44,684 nucleotides of DNA from Polyangiaceae bacterium. GTDB lineage: Bacteria; Myxococcota_A; Polyangia; Polyangiales; Polyangiaceae. The stretch spans positions 1-44,684 of the forward strand of contig JBGANF010000066.1 of NCBI GenBank assembly GCA_044222475.1. The letters run 5' to 3'. Of this stretch, positions 32,103-39,449 are shown one piece after another. How positions within the stretch are numbered: position 1 is the first letter of the stretch; each line of letters opens with the position of its first letter. Below the pieces are notes generated by a model. That model did not search any database. It worked only from the letters and a program-made list of their open reading frames with translations, and was not told the origin of the DNA. The position numbers and the translations under genes are program-made.

Positions 32103-32948
32103 ATGGACATCATCTCGACGCGGGCAGTCGCCGAAGTGCTCGGCGTGAGCGAAGCGACGGTCAAGCGCTGGTCCGATGCGGGCACGCTGCGATGCTTTCG
32201 CACGCCTGGCGGCCATCGCAAGTTCCGCCTCCGCGACGTCAAAGCGTTTCTGCTCGACCACGAGGCCGAGATACGAACGGAGGCTCCGACCGCGACGGCG
32301 ACCCCCGGCCTCACCGCCGACCAAGCGGAGGCGCGCGCGCTCGCGCTCACGAGCGACGTGGACGGGCTCGTGTCACTCGTCGCGAAGCATCGGATGCAGG
32401 GCACGCCGCTGGCGCGCATCTTCGACGAGGTCTTCACTCCTGCCATGGCCAGCATCGGCACGGATTGGGCGCAGGGAAGGCTCACCGCTGCGCAAGAGCA
32501 CCTCGCATCGGGCGCCGTGCTCGAGATGCTCGCGCGCGTGAGGCCGCTGGTCGAGCGATCGAGCCGGGCCGACCGCGGTCGCGCGATCTGCGCGTGCCTC
32601 CAAGGAGAGCAGCACGCGATCGGCATCCACATGGTGGCGCTCGTGCTCGGCGCGGCCGGCTATCGCGTCGCGATGCTCGGGGCGAACGTGCCCACCGCGG
32701 ACCTCGCGCTGATGGTCGCGGGCGACTCGCCGGCGCTCCTGGCGCTGTCCGCCTCTTCGAACGCCAACCCCGACGCGCTGCGGGGAGACCTCGCGGTCGT
32801 CTCGAGCGCGGCGGCGGCGTCGAAGACGAAGGTCGTGGTCGGGGGGCCTGGTTTCGATCGTCTATCGAGCCTACCTGGCAACGTGGTGCGCCGAACGGAC
32901 CTCCAGAGCTTGCTGGGCGGCGAAACCGAGCCTTTGACGAATGCGTAA
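32103..32948 (+). CDS. Cobalamin-binding transcriptional regulator (MerR/excisionase-type HTH plus B12-binding domains; CarH/LitR-like)
   Basis: HTH VAEVLGVSEATVKRW..RTPGGHRKF; W-x9-EH (WAQGRLTAAQEH); GEQHAIG; LGANVP; VVVGG. Confidence 0.85.
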   Translation: MDIISTRAVAEVLGVSEATVKRWSDAGTLRCFRTPGGHRKFRLRDVKAFLLDHEAEIRTEAPTATATPGLTADQAEARALALTSDVDGLVSLVAKHRMQGTPLARIFDEVFTPAMASIGTDWAQGRLTAAQEHLASGAVLEMLARVRPLVERSSRADRGRAICACLQGEQHAIGIHMVALVLGAAGYRVAMLGANVPTADLALMVAGDSPALLALSASSNANPDALRGDLAVVSSAAAASKTKVVVGGPGFDRLSSLPGNVVRRTDLQSLLGGETEPLTNA

Positions 32949-33033
32949 AGTCGACATAGGTTCTACCCGTGATGCGTCGACCGGCGGTGAGCCTGCCGGC
33001 GTCGAAATGAGAAAACGAAGGAGATTCCAAGAG

Positions 33034-33717
33034 ATGCACGTCCCCGATCGGGTGATCCGGCCTCTGACCCAAGGCAGCGGCAGCACGGAGTGGCTCGCAT
33101 CGAGCCCGCTGCCCACCAAGCACGGCACGTTCACGACCCACGTCTTCCGGGCGATCGAGACGGACTCGACCGGTGAATCGGTCGAGAAGGAGCACGTGGC
33201 TCTCGTGTTCGGCGACATCACCGGAAAGCGCGAGATTCCCATCCGCGTCCACTCCGAGTGCATGACGAGCGAGGTGTTCGGCTCGCTCAAGTGCGACTGC
33301 AAGGAGCAGCTCGACGCGGCTCTCGGCGAGATCGCGCGCCGCGGTGCCGGCGCGGTCCTGTATCTGCGGCAAGAGGGTCGCGGCATCGGCCTCGCCAACA
33401 AGATCCGCGCGTATGCGTTGCAGGCGCACGGCGCCGACACGGTCGACGCGAACCGCATGCTCGGACTTCCGGACGACGCGCGACGCTACGACGTGGTGAA
33501 GGACATGCTCGATCACTTCGAGGTCGAGAGCGTGCGCCTGATGACGAACAACCCGGCAAAGGTCGACGGACTGCGCGCGCTGGGCGTCGACGTCGTCGCG
33601 CGAATCCCGAGCATCGTGAAGATGAGCCCGATCGCGGCGCGATACGTCGAGACGAAGCGCGTGCGCATGGCCCACGAAGTCCCGGTCCTGAAGCTGACCG
33701 GCAGCGACGCGGAGTAG
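33034..33717 (+). CDS. ribA: GTP cyclohydrolase II
   Basis: RVHSECMTSEVFGSLKCDCKEQL, YLRQEGRGIGL, DTVDAN and LMTNNPAK motifs. Start 33034 follows AGGAG; 32941 and 33007 are alternatives. Confidence 0.95.
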   Translation: MHVPDRVIRPLTQGSGSTEWLASSPLPTKHGTFTTHVFRAIETDSTGESVEKEHVALVFGDITGKREIPIRVHSECMTSEVFGSLKCDCKEQLDAALGEIARRGAGAVLYLRQEGRGIGLANKIRAYALQAHGADTVDANRMLGLPDDARRYDVVKDMLDHFEVESVRLMTNNPAKVDGLRALGVDVVARIPSIVKMSPIAARYVETKRVRMAHEVPVLKLTGSDAE

Positions 33718-33729
33718 CCGACGCGTCTT

Positions 33730-34016
33730 GGCGCCCCGGACTGAAGTCCGGGGCAGCAACGGGCTCGGTGCCACTCCCATCCAAAGCCCGCCCAGGAGGG
33801 CGGGCTCACGGTGCCGCTCTCATGTACTGAGTTGGGATGCCCATGGCATCGCCACCCCGGTTGCTCCTGAGCGCGCACGCGCACGAGGAGAACGAGTACG
33901 AGGTACCCAATTGGGACAGCACGAGCCCGGTGCAACGAGAGCCCGCCCTCCTGGGCGGGCTTTGGGCGAGTAGCGCATCGGGCCCGTTGCTGCCCCGGAC
34001 TTCAGTCCGGGGCGCC
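33730..34016. repeat. REPIN/MITE-like element: long inverted repeat whose arms each contain two palindromes
   Basis: 33730-33764 is the reverse complement of 33982-34016 (35 bp perfect) and 33781-33807 of 33939-33965 (27 bp perfect). Internal hairpins gccccggac-tgaa-gtccggggc and agcccgccc-agga-gggcgggct. Confidence 0.88.
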
Positions 34017-34058
34017 CTTCGAGCCAGATGCGACGAGTCTTCGGACTTCAGTTGCCCT

Positions 34059-35255
34059 TCAATGCAGCGGCCGCTCCGGCGCCGGGAGCGTCGCCACCAT
34101 CGGGCGAACCAGCTCGAGGTATTTCGCGATCAGGTCGTCGACGCGGGCCTTCGTGCTCGCTCGCACGACGAGCCCGACGTGGTTCTTCTCCGGTGAGGTG
34201 AAGAAGAGCTCCGGCCCCTGGAACGCCGTGAGGTCCGGCTTGTCGGCCGCGACCAGCGTCATCAAGAGCCCGCCGTAGTCGTTGCGCTGGGGCGGCAGAG
34301 TGTACGTGCCCTTGCCGTGGAGGACCTCGATCTTGGCCCACTCTTCCCAGAGGTTCACGCCGGTCGCCGCCTCGATCATCTCCGCGATGTGCGCGCCGCC
34401 GACGCGGGCGGCGCACTCGAGGAGGTAGAACCGACCGTCGTCCTTGGCCTTGATGTACTCGACGTGGCTCACGCCGCGGACGAGGTTCATGCACGCGAGC
34501 ACGCGGTCGTTGAGCTCCATGATGGCCTTCTCGTCGGCGCTGCCGCGCTCGACGGTCTGGGTCGTGAAGATGCCGCCGCCGTGGGCGACGTCGAACGGCG
34601 GCTTGCCGCAGCGCGCAGCCGACGAGAAGAGGACCTTGCGCTCCGAGACGATCGAGTCGACGTGGTACACGTCGCCCGGCAGGTAGCGCTCGAGGAGAAA
34701 GTGCGACTGGCGATCGCCCTGCTTCTGCACGAGCTCCCAGAGCTGGGCCTCGTTCTGCACCTTGGTGATGCCGGTGGCGCTCGCCTCGCTGCGCGGCTTG
34801 TTCATCCACGGCGCGGGCACGCGCTTCATGAACTCGCGCACCTGATCGTAGTTGAGGACGTGGACGTACTCGGGCACCGGGATGCCGGCCTCTTCGGCTT
34901 TGACGCGCATCGCGAGCTTGTCGCGGAAGTGGCGCGCCGTCGTGTCGCCCATGCCGGGCATGCGGAGGTGCTCGCGCAGCGCGGCCGCGGTCTCGACGTC
35001 GAAGTCGTCGAGGGCGACGATGCGGTTGAACGGGATCGTGCGTGCGAGATAGGAGACGGTGCGGATCGTCTCGTCGAGGGGAGCGCCGTTGCGCTGCGCG
35101 AACACGTCGGCGAGGGACTCGCGCGGCCACGCGTGGCCGAGCAGCCGCTCTTGGGTCAGGAGGTACACCTTGGCGCCGAGCTCGGCGGCCTTGCGCATGA
35201 AGCGCTCACCCTTGAAGTAGCTCGCGAGGCAGAGAATCGTCACCGGCGAAGACAT
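34059..35255 (-). CDS. ATP-grasp domain protein
   Basis: FRDKLAMR, KPRSEASATGI, LLERYLPGDVYHVDS, HVEYI and YLLECAARVGG motifs. Confidence 0.9.
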   Translation of the reverse strand: MSSPVTILCLASYFKGERFMRKAAELGAKVYLLTQERLLGHAWPRESLADVFAQRNGAPLDETIRTVSYLARTIPFNRIVALDDFDVETAAALREHLRMPGMGDTTARHFRDKLAMRVKAEEAGIPVPEYVHVLNYDQVREFMKRVPAPWMNKPRSEASATGITKVQNEAQLWELVQKQGDRQSHFLLERYLPGDVYHVDSIVSERKVLFSSAARCGKPPFDVAHGGGIFTTQTVERGSADEKAIMELNDRVLACMNLVRGVSHVEYIKAKDDGRFYLLECAARVGGAHIAEMIEAATGVNLWEEWAKIEVLHGKGTYTLPPQRNDYGGLLMTLVAADKPDLTAFQGPELFFTSPEKNHVGLVVRASTKARVDDLIAKYLELVRPMVATLPAPERPLH

Positions 35256-35285
35256 GGCCGGCGGGGCATAGCACGGGTTTCGCCG

Positions 35286-36440
35286 TCAGGGGCAGGTGAC
35301 CGGCATGACGTCGTACACGTATTTGGCCGACCCGACGTCGACGGTGACGCGATAGACCGAGCCGGCGGTCGGTGTCCAGCCGCTCGGATAGAACGAGATG
35401 GTGTCGTACGCGCCGTAGCCTTGGCCGAGGGTCTTGATGGTGACCGGCGCGTCTGCGTTGGTCGTGAGGTTCTTCACCGAGATCTGGGCGGTGTTGATGA
35501 CGCCACCCTGCTTCAGGGAGAAGCTCCACGCCCAACCCTGGTTGAGCACGGCAGGCGTGATCTGCACGGGCACGTAGCCGGGCGGCGGGAACGCGTACCA
35601 AGCCGGCTTCGGGCCGCTCCCGGTCGTGTCGAACACGCCGAGGCACTGCGCCTGCCCGCCGTAGCCGTTGCTGTTCGTACCGGTCGCGACGTAGCCGATG
35701 CCGACCTTCCCAAGCGCCGGGTTGAGCACCCAGCGACGATGGCCGAGGCTGCCCGCGTTCCCGGCGCCGGGCTCGCGCATGTAGAGATCGATCGAGTCGC
35801 CGGTGGAGGTGCCCCAGGCGAGGTTGCTCTGCCCGGCCCAGGTACCGCCGGTCGCGGTGTAGCAGGTCGAGTTCGTCGGCGGCGAGTGCGGGTTGGGCAT
35901 CGACGACGGGTTGTTGTTCGCTTGGATGACCGCGCACGCCTGGTCGCCGGCGCTCTTCGTCGGGTCCTCGGTGACGGGCGCTTCGAGCTCCATCCACCGG
36001 AACATGTTGATGCGGGTGACCGTGTCGGTGATGCCGCCGGCGGAGAACGTGCCGAGATCGCACTGCTGCGCGCCCTTGGTGTAGGGGCTCGGCGTGGTGA
36101 CGACGTGACCGTCCTTCCACTGCTTGCACACGTCGCTCTGGGTGTGCGACGCGGGGTTGTCGGCGGGGGCGGCGATGCACGGGCCGTTCGCTTGCGGGAC
36201 GAAGCCGGGCTTGCAGGCGCAGACCGCGTTGTTCAGGCAGGTCTCGGTCGCGGTGCACGTGACCGTCCCACATTGGGACGGACCGCTGTCGGGCGGGAGG
36301 GACCCATCGGGAACGACCTGGCCGTCGGGCCCGGTGGCGCCATCTTGGCCGGCGTCGCCGTCGATTGGGTTCGAGTCGTCACCGCTGCAGCCGAGGAGGG
36401 CGAGCGGGGCAAGCGTGACCAGAAGAAGTACCCGGCGCAT
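35286..36440 (-). CDS. CAP/SCP-like domain lipoprotein
   Basis: LALLGC lipobox; RINMFRW..SNLAWG..GSLGHRRWVLNP..VGIG. Confidence 0.8.
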   Translation of the reverse strand: MRRVLLLVTLAPLALLGCSGDDSNPIDGDAGQDGATGPDGQVVPDGSLPPDSGPSQCGTVTCTATETCLNNAVCACKPGFVPQANGPCIAAPADNPASHTQSDVCKQWKDGHVVTTPSPYTKGAQQCDLGTFSAGGITDTVTRINMFRWMELEAPVTEDPTKSAGDQACAVIQANNNPSSMPNPHSPPTNSTCYTATGGTWAGQSNLAWGTSTGDSIDLYMREPGAGNAGSLGHRRWVLNPALGKVGIGYVATGTNSNGYGGQAQCLGVFDTTGSGPKPAWYAFPPPGYVPVQITPAVLNQGWAWSFSLKQGGVINTAQISVKNLTTNADAPVTIKTLGQGYGAYDTISFYPSGWTPTAGSVYRVTVDVGSAKYVYDVMPVTCP

Positions 36441-36463
36441 CGCACGAATGTAGCACGGCGCGG

Positions 36464-38206
36464 CTAGATCACGTCGATTCGGCCGTGGAAGTTGTCGTAG
36501 TAGCGCATCGCGTTACGCGCGCCGACCGCCGGAGCTTCGGCACCGGGCCCGAGCCACTGGGTGATCGCGGCGCGCTCCGCTTCGCCTCCTCGGAAGACGA
36601 GGGCGGTGACGTCCTCGCGTGTGATCGCTTGTACGGTACACGTGTGCACGCGGTGCCCGCGGGCGACGTGCAGGGTGACCGGTCCGTGATCTTCGGCGTC
36701 GCGAGCCCACTCGATGGCGCGCCGCGAGAACGGGAAGCCCTCCACCCGCTCGATGCGATCCCCGACGGCGAGACCCGCGCGCGCGGCCGGGTGGCGATCG
36801 AGGACCGACGTGATCTCCGAGTCGCGGATGACGAGGCCGAGCTCGCGCTTGGGGGATTTCTCCAGCACGAAGCCGAGCGACTGGAGGCGCGCGGGGACCG
36901 ACAACGCTCCGGGGTGATCCACCTCGGCGTCGAGGAGCGCGCCGAGGTCGGCGTGCTTCTCGCGGAAGAACCGCTTCACGTCGTCGGTGTCGAAGCCGGT
37001 GGCGAGGTATGCGGCGTAGAACTCGCGGAAGATGCCGTCGAGCGTGAGGCCGTGGCTGCGCGCGACGACGTCGAGCTCGAACGCGACGAGCATCCCGGCG
37101 TCGTAGTAGTCGATGCTCGACGTGGCGGCGCCGGGGTACCGACCGTGGTTGAGGAACGTCGCGAGTGACGAGTCGCGCGGAGACACGCGGGGATACGAGG
37201 CGAGGCCGGAGAGGTGTCGGTAGTAGGTGGCGACGTTGGAGAAGAACCGCTCGCTCGTGAGCTGACCCGCGCGGGCAGCGATCAGGAACTCGTAATAGCG
37301 GGTGAACCCTTCGGCGAGCCAGAGACCGTCGATGAAGGTGCCGCGGTCGAGATCGGGCGACTGCATGCCCTTCGGCCTCAGGCGCTTCACGATCCACGCG
37401 TGGACGAGCTCGTGGATCGAGACGCGCACGGCGTCCAGGAAGGCGTCGGGATCGATGTAGACGTCGGGGCCGAGCCCGATCGTCGTCGACGTCATGTGCT
37501 CGAGGCCCCAGTGCATCCGCGGATCGTGAGTGAACACGAACGTGTAGTCGCTGAACGGGAACGCGCCGAACGCGTCGTGGCAGGCGCTCGCGGCGCGATC
37601 GAGCGCGTCGAGGAGACGCGGCGCCTCGAGCTCGAAGCCGAGCGCGTCGTCGAGGAAGAGGTAGTAGAACGGCGTCCCTTTGACGCTGCGCTCGATGAGG
37701 CTGACGGTGCTCCCGAGGACGACCGGCGTGTCGAGCAGGTCCTGGTAGCGCGCGTAGCGGAACGCCATCGGGCCGTGGCGCTCCGCGCCGCTCGGGTGGT
37801 GGAGCTTCCAGCCCTCGGGGCCGACGTACTCGACGTGGCACGGGCCGTCGTATCCGACGGGGCGGAGGTATCGCGTGCCGAAGAGGAGAGCCCAACGATC
37901 GTGCACGTGACCGGCGACCTCGCCCATCGCGGGATCCGCGCAGTGAGCGAGGTAGCTCACGCGGACGCGACCCTTCGCGCCGTCGATGCGGAAGCCCTGC
38001 CACCCCTCGCGCGTGACCTGGAGCGCGGCGCCGGTCGAGACGTCGACCGCGCGGACGTCGAGCACGTCGCGGGCGTATTTCAGGAAGCCGTACGCACCCG
38101 GAACCCAGGTCGGAGTGGCGAGGGTGACCGAACCCGTCGCGTCGAGCTCGAGGGTGACCTCGAGGCACTGACGGTGCGGATGGACGGTGATTTGGTACCG
38201 GAGCAC
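36464..38206 (-). CDS. M61 family (glycyl aminopeptidase-like) metallopeptidase with PDZ domain
   Basis: PTWVPGAY, GLEHMTST, HELVHAW (HExxH), LWLAEGFTRYY, IDYYDAG and PAARAGLAVGDRI motifs. Confidence 0.92.
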   Translation of the reverse strand: MLRYQITVHPHRQCLEVTLELDATGSVTLATPTWVPGAYGFLKYARDVLDVRAVDVSTGAALQVTREGWQGFRIDGAKGRVRVSYLAHCADPAMGEVAGHVHDRWALLFGTRYLRPVGYDGPCHVEYVGPEGWKLHHPSGAERHGPMAFRYARYQDLLDTPVVLGSTVSLIERSVKGTPFYYLFLDDALGFELEAPRLLDALDRAASACHDAFGAFPFSDYTFVFTHDPRMHWGLEHMTSTTIGLGPDVYIDPDAFLDAVRVSIHELVHAWIVKRLRPKGMQSPDLDRGTFIDGLWLAEGFTRYYEFLIAARAGQLTSERFFSNVATYYRHLSGLASYPRVSPRDSSLATFLNHGRYPGAATSSIDYYDAGMLVAFELDVVARSHGLTLDGIFREFYAAYLATGFDTDDVKRFFREKHADLGALLDAEVDHPGALSVPARLQSLGFVLEKSPKRELGLVIRDSEITSVLDRHPAARAGLAVGDRIERVEGFPFSRRAIEWARDAEDHGPVTLHVARGHRVHTCTVQAITREDVTALVFRGGEAERAAITQWLGPGAEAPAVGARNAMRYYDNFHGRIDVI

Positions 38207-38254
38207 GTGCCCAGACTACTCGACCGGGCGCGCGACTGCACCTCGGCAGAAACC

Positions 38255-38362
38255 GCTTCCGCTTCCGCTTCCGCTTCCGCTTCCGCTTCCGCTTCCGCTT
38301 CCGCTTCCGCTTCCGCTTCCGCTTCCGCTTCCGCTTCCGAGTCCGAGTCCGAGTCCGAGTCC
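38255..38362. repeat. Compound hexanucleotide microsatellite (GCTTCC)14(GAGTCC)4
   Basis: Counted directly: 38255-38338 and 38339-38362; intergenic. Confidence 0.97.
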
Positions 38363-38393
38363 GACGGCGCTCGCAGCGTACTGTGCCTCGCTC

Positions 38394-38511
38394 GGCAGTT
38401 CGATCGTGCCACGGTGCTCGGCCGGTTCAAGGCCAAGCCGCCTTCGGCGGTGGCGCGCAAGAGCGCGCCAGCCTTGAGCCGGCCTGCGCGCCGTGGCGTG
38501 GCGAACGTGCC
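38394..38511. promoter_or_regulatory. Conserved ~118-nt branched hairpin upstream of four-helix-bundle gene 1 (candidate ssDNA promoter or structured RNA leader)
   Basis: Nested stems ggca/tgcc, gttcg/cgaac, gccacggtgc/gcgccgtggc and gccggttcaaggc/gccttgagccggc, capped by gccgcc-ttc-ggcggt and tggcgcgc-aaga-gcgcgcca. Covaries with the copy at 39248-39364. Confidence 0.8.
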
Positions 38512-38545
38512 TTCGCGCGGGTGCGCCGGGGCAAGGAGAAAGACC

Positions 38546-38860
38546 ATGTTGCAGATTCACCTGTTTGCTCTCGAAACCGTCCGCTCTTTGGCTCCCGTCG
38601 TTCGGGAGATTTCGGCTCACGATCCAGACTTGGGGCGGCAGCTGCGGCGCGCGGCTTCCAGCATCGTCCTCAACATCGCCGAAGGTCACGGCTCTCGGGA
38701 TGGCGTGTCGCGGCAGCGCTTCCGCACCGCCCTCGGCTCCACGCGCGAAACGCTGGCGGCGTTGGAGCTCGCGGCAGCTTGGGGCTTCACCGCGCACGAT
38801 GCGCGCATCGCCGATGCTCTCGACCGCATCGCAGCCACGCTTCATCGCCTCACGCACTGA
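38546..38860 (+). CDS. Four-helix-bundle protein (23S rRNA intervening-sequence protein / Avd-like), copy 1, 104 aa
   Basis: AAGGAG RBS; family signature LGRQLRRAASSIVLNIAEG..RFRTALGSTRET. Confidence 0.92.
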   Translation: MLQIHLFALETVRSLAPVVREISAHDPDLGRQLRRAASSIVLNIAEGHGSRDGVSRQRFRTALGSTRETLAALELAAAWGFTAHDARIADALDRIAATLHRLTH

Positions 38861-38868
38861 AGGTTGGG

Positions 38869-38891
38869 GGGGCCCGCGCGTTGCGGGCCCC
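38869..38891. terminator. GC-rich hairpin between the convergent four-helix-bundle genes (possible bidirectional terminator)
   Basis: ggggcccgc-gcgtt-gcgggcccc; no clear U-tract on either strand. Confidence 0.55.
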
Positions 38892-38899
38892 GCTTCCTG

Positions 38900-39214
38900 T
38901 CACGCCGCCAACCGGTAGAGCGTTCCCGCGATCCGATCCAACGCCGCCAAGACTTGCTCGTCCCGTTCGACGTAGCCCCACGCTGCCGCGAGCTCGAGCC
39001 CCGCCAGCGTTTCGCGCGTCGAGCCAAACGCCGTACGAAACCGGAGCCGCGAGTTGCCGTTCCTCGGTCCCGAGCCTTCCGCGATGTTCAGCACGATGCT
39101 GGAAGCCGCGCGCCGCAGCTGCCGCCCCAAATCCGGATCTTGCGCCGTGATCTCTTTCACCGCGGGAGCCAACGACCGAACCGTGTCCATCGCAAACGAT
39201 TGAATCCTTAGCAT
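38900..39214 (-). CDS. Four-helix-bundle protein (23S rRNA intervening-sequence protein / Avd-like), copy 2, 104 aa
   Basis: AAGGAG RBS; same signature; 75/104 residues identical to copy 1 by manual alignment. Confidence 0.92.
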   Translation of the reverse strand: MLRIQSFAMDTVRSLAPAVKEITAQDPDLGRQLRRAASSIVLNIAEGSGPRNGNSRLRFRTAFGSTRETLAGLELAAAWGYVERDEQVLAALDRIAGTLYRLAA

Positions 39215-39247
39215 GATGTTCTCCTTGCCCCCGCGCTGATGAGCGAA

Positions 39248-39364
39248 GGCACGTTCGCCGCGCCAGCTCGCGGAGGCGGCGTCAAGGCTGGCGCGCTTTG
39301 CGCGCCACCGCCGAAGGCGGCTCGGCCTTGATGCCGCCGAGCAAGCTGGCACGATCGAACTGCC
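39248..39364. promoter_or_regulatory. Second copy (117 nt) of the branched hairpin, upstream of four-helix-bundle gene 2
   Basis: Same nested stems with substituted pairs (gccagcttgc/gcgagctggc; gcggcatcaaggc/gccttgacgccgc on the sense strand). On the + strand, TTGATG 39328-39333, 16 nt, then CACGAT 39350-39355. Confidence 0.8.
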
Positions 39365-39430
39365 GAGCGAGGCCCAGTAAGCATTACGCGCCGGAGAGCG
39401 TTGCGACACACCGTGTCCCAAAGTGGGACG

Positions 39431-39449
39431 CCGCTTCCGCTTCCGCTTC
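39431..39449. repeat. Short (GCTTCC)~3 tract
   Basis: ccgcttccgcttccgcttc: same unit and same orientation as the tract at 38255. Confidence 0.8.

Noticed and set aside
32949..33033. FMN riboswitch upstream of ribA
   Set aside because: The gap is only about 85 nt, has one modest hairpin (about 32977-33005), and lacks recognisable RFN consensus blocks.
38394..38411. tRNA or tRNA fragment suggested by GGCAG-TTCGATC-GTGCC (T-arm-like), present in both leaders
   Set aside because: The G53-C61 pair is missing and there is no acceptor stem, D arm or anticodon arm. The covariation supports the long hairpin instead, though a minor alternative fold is not excluded.
37214..38545. N-terminal extension of the 548-aa ORF and the ASAS/PLPL/GSGS/AEAE-repeat ORFs
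   Set aside because: These are antisense shadow of the M61 gene plus read-through of a stop-free microsatellite. The real gene starts at ATG 38546 after AAGGAG, matching its paralogue.
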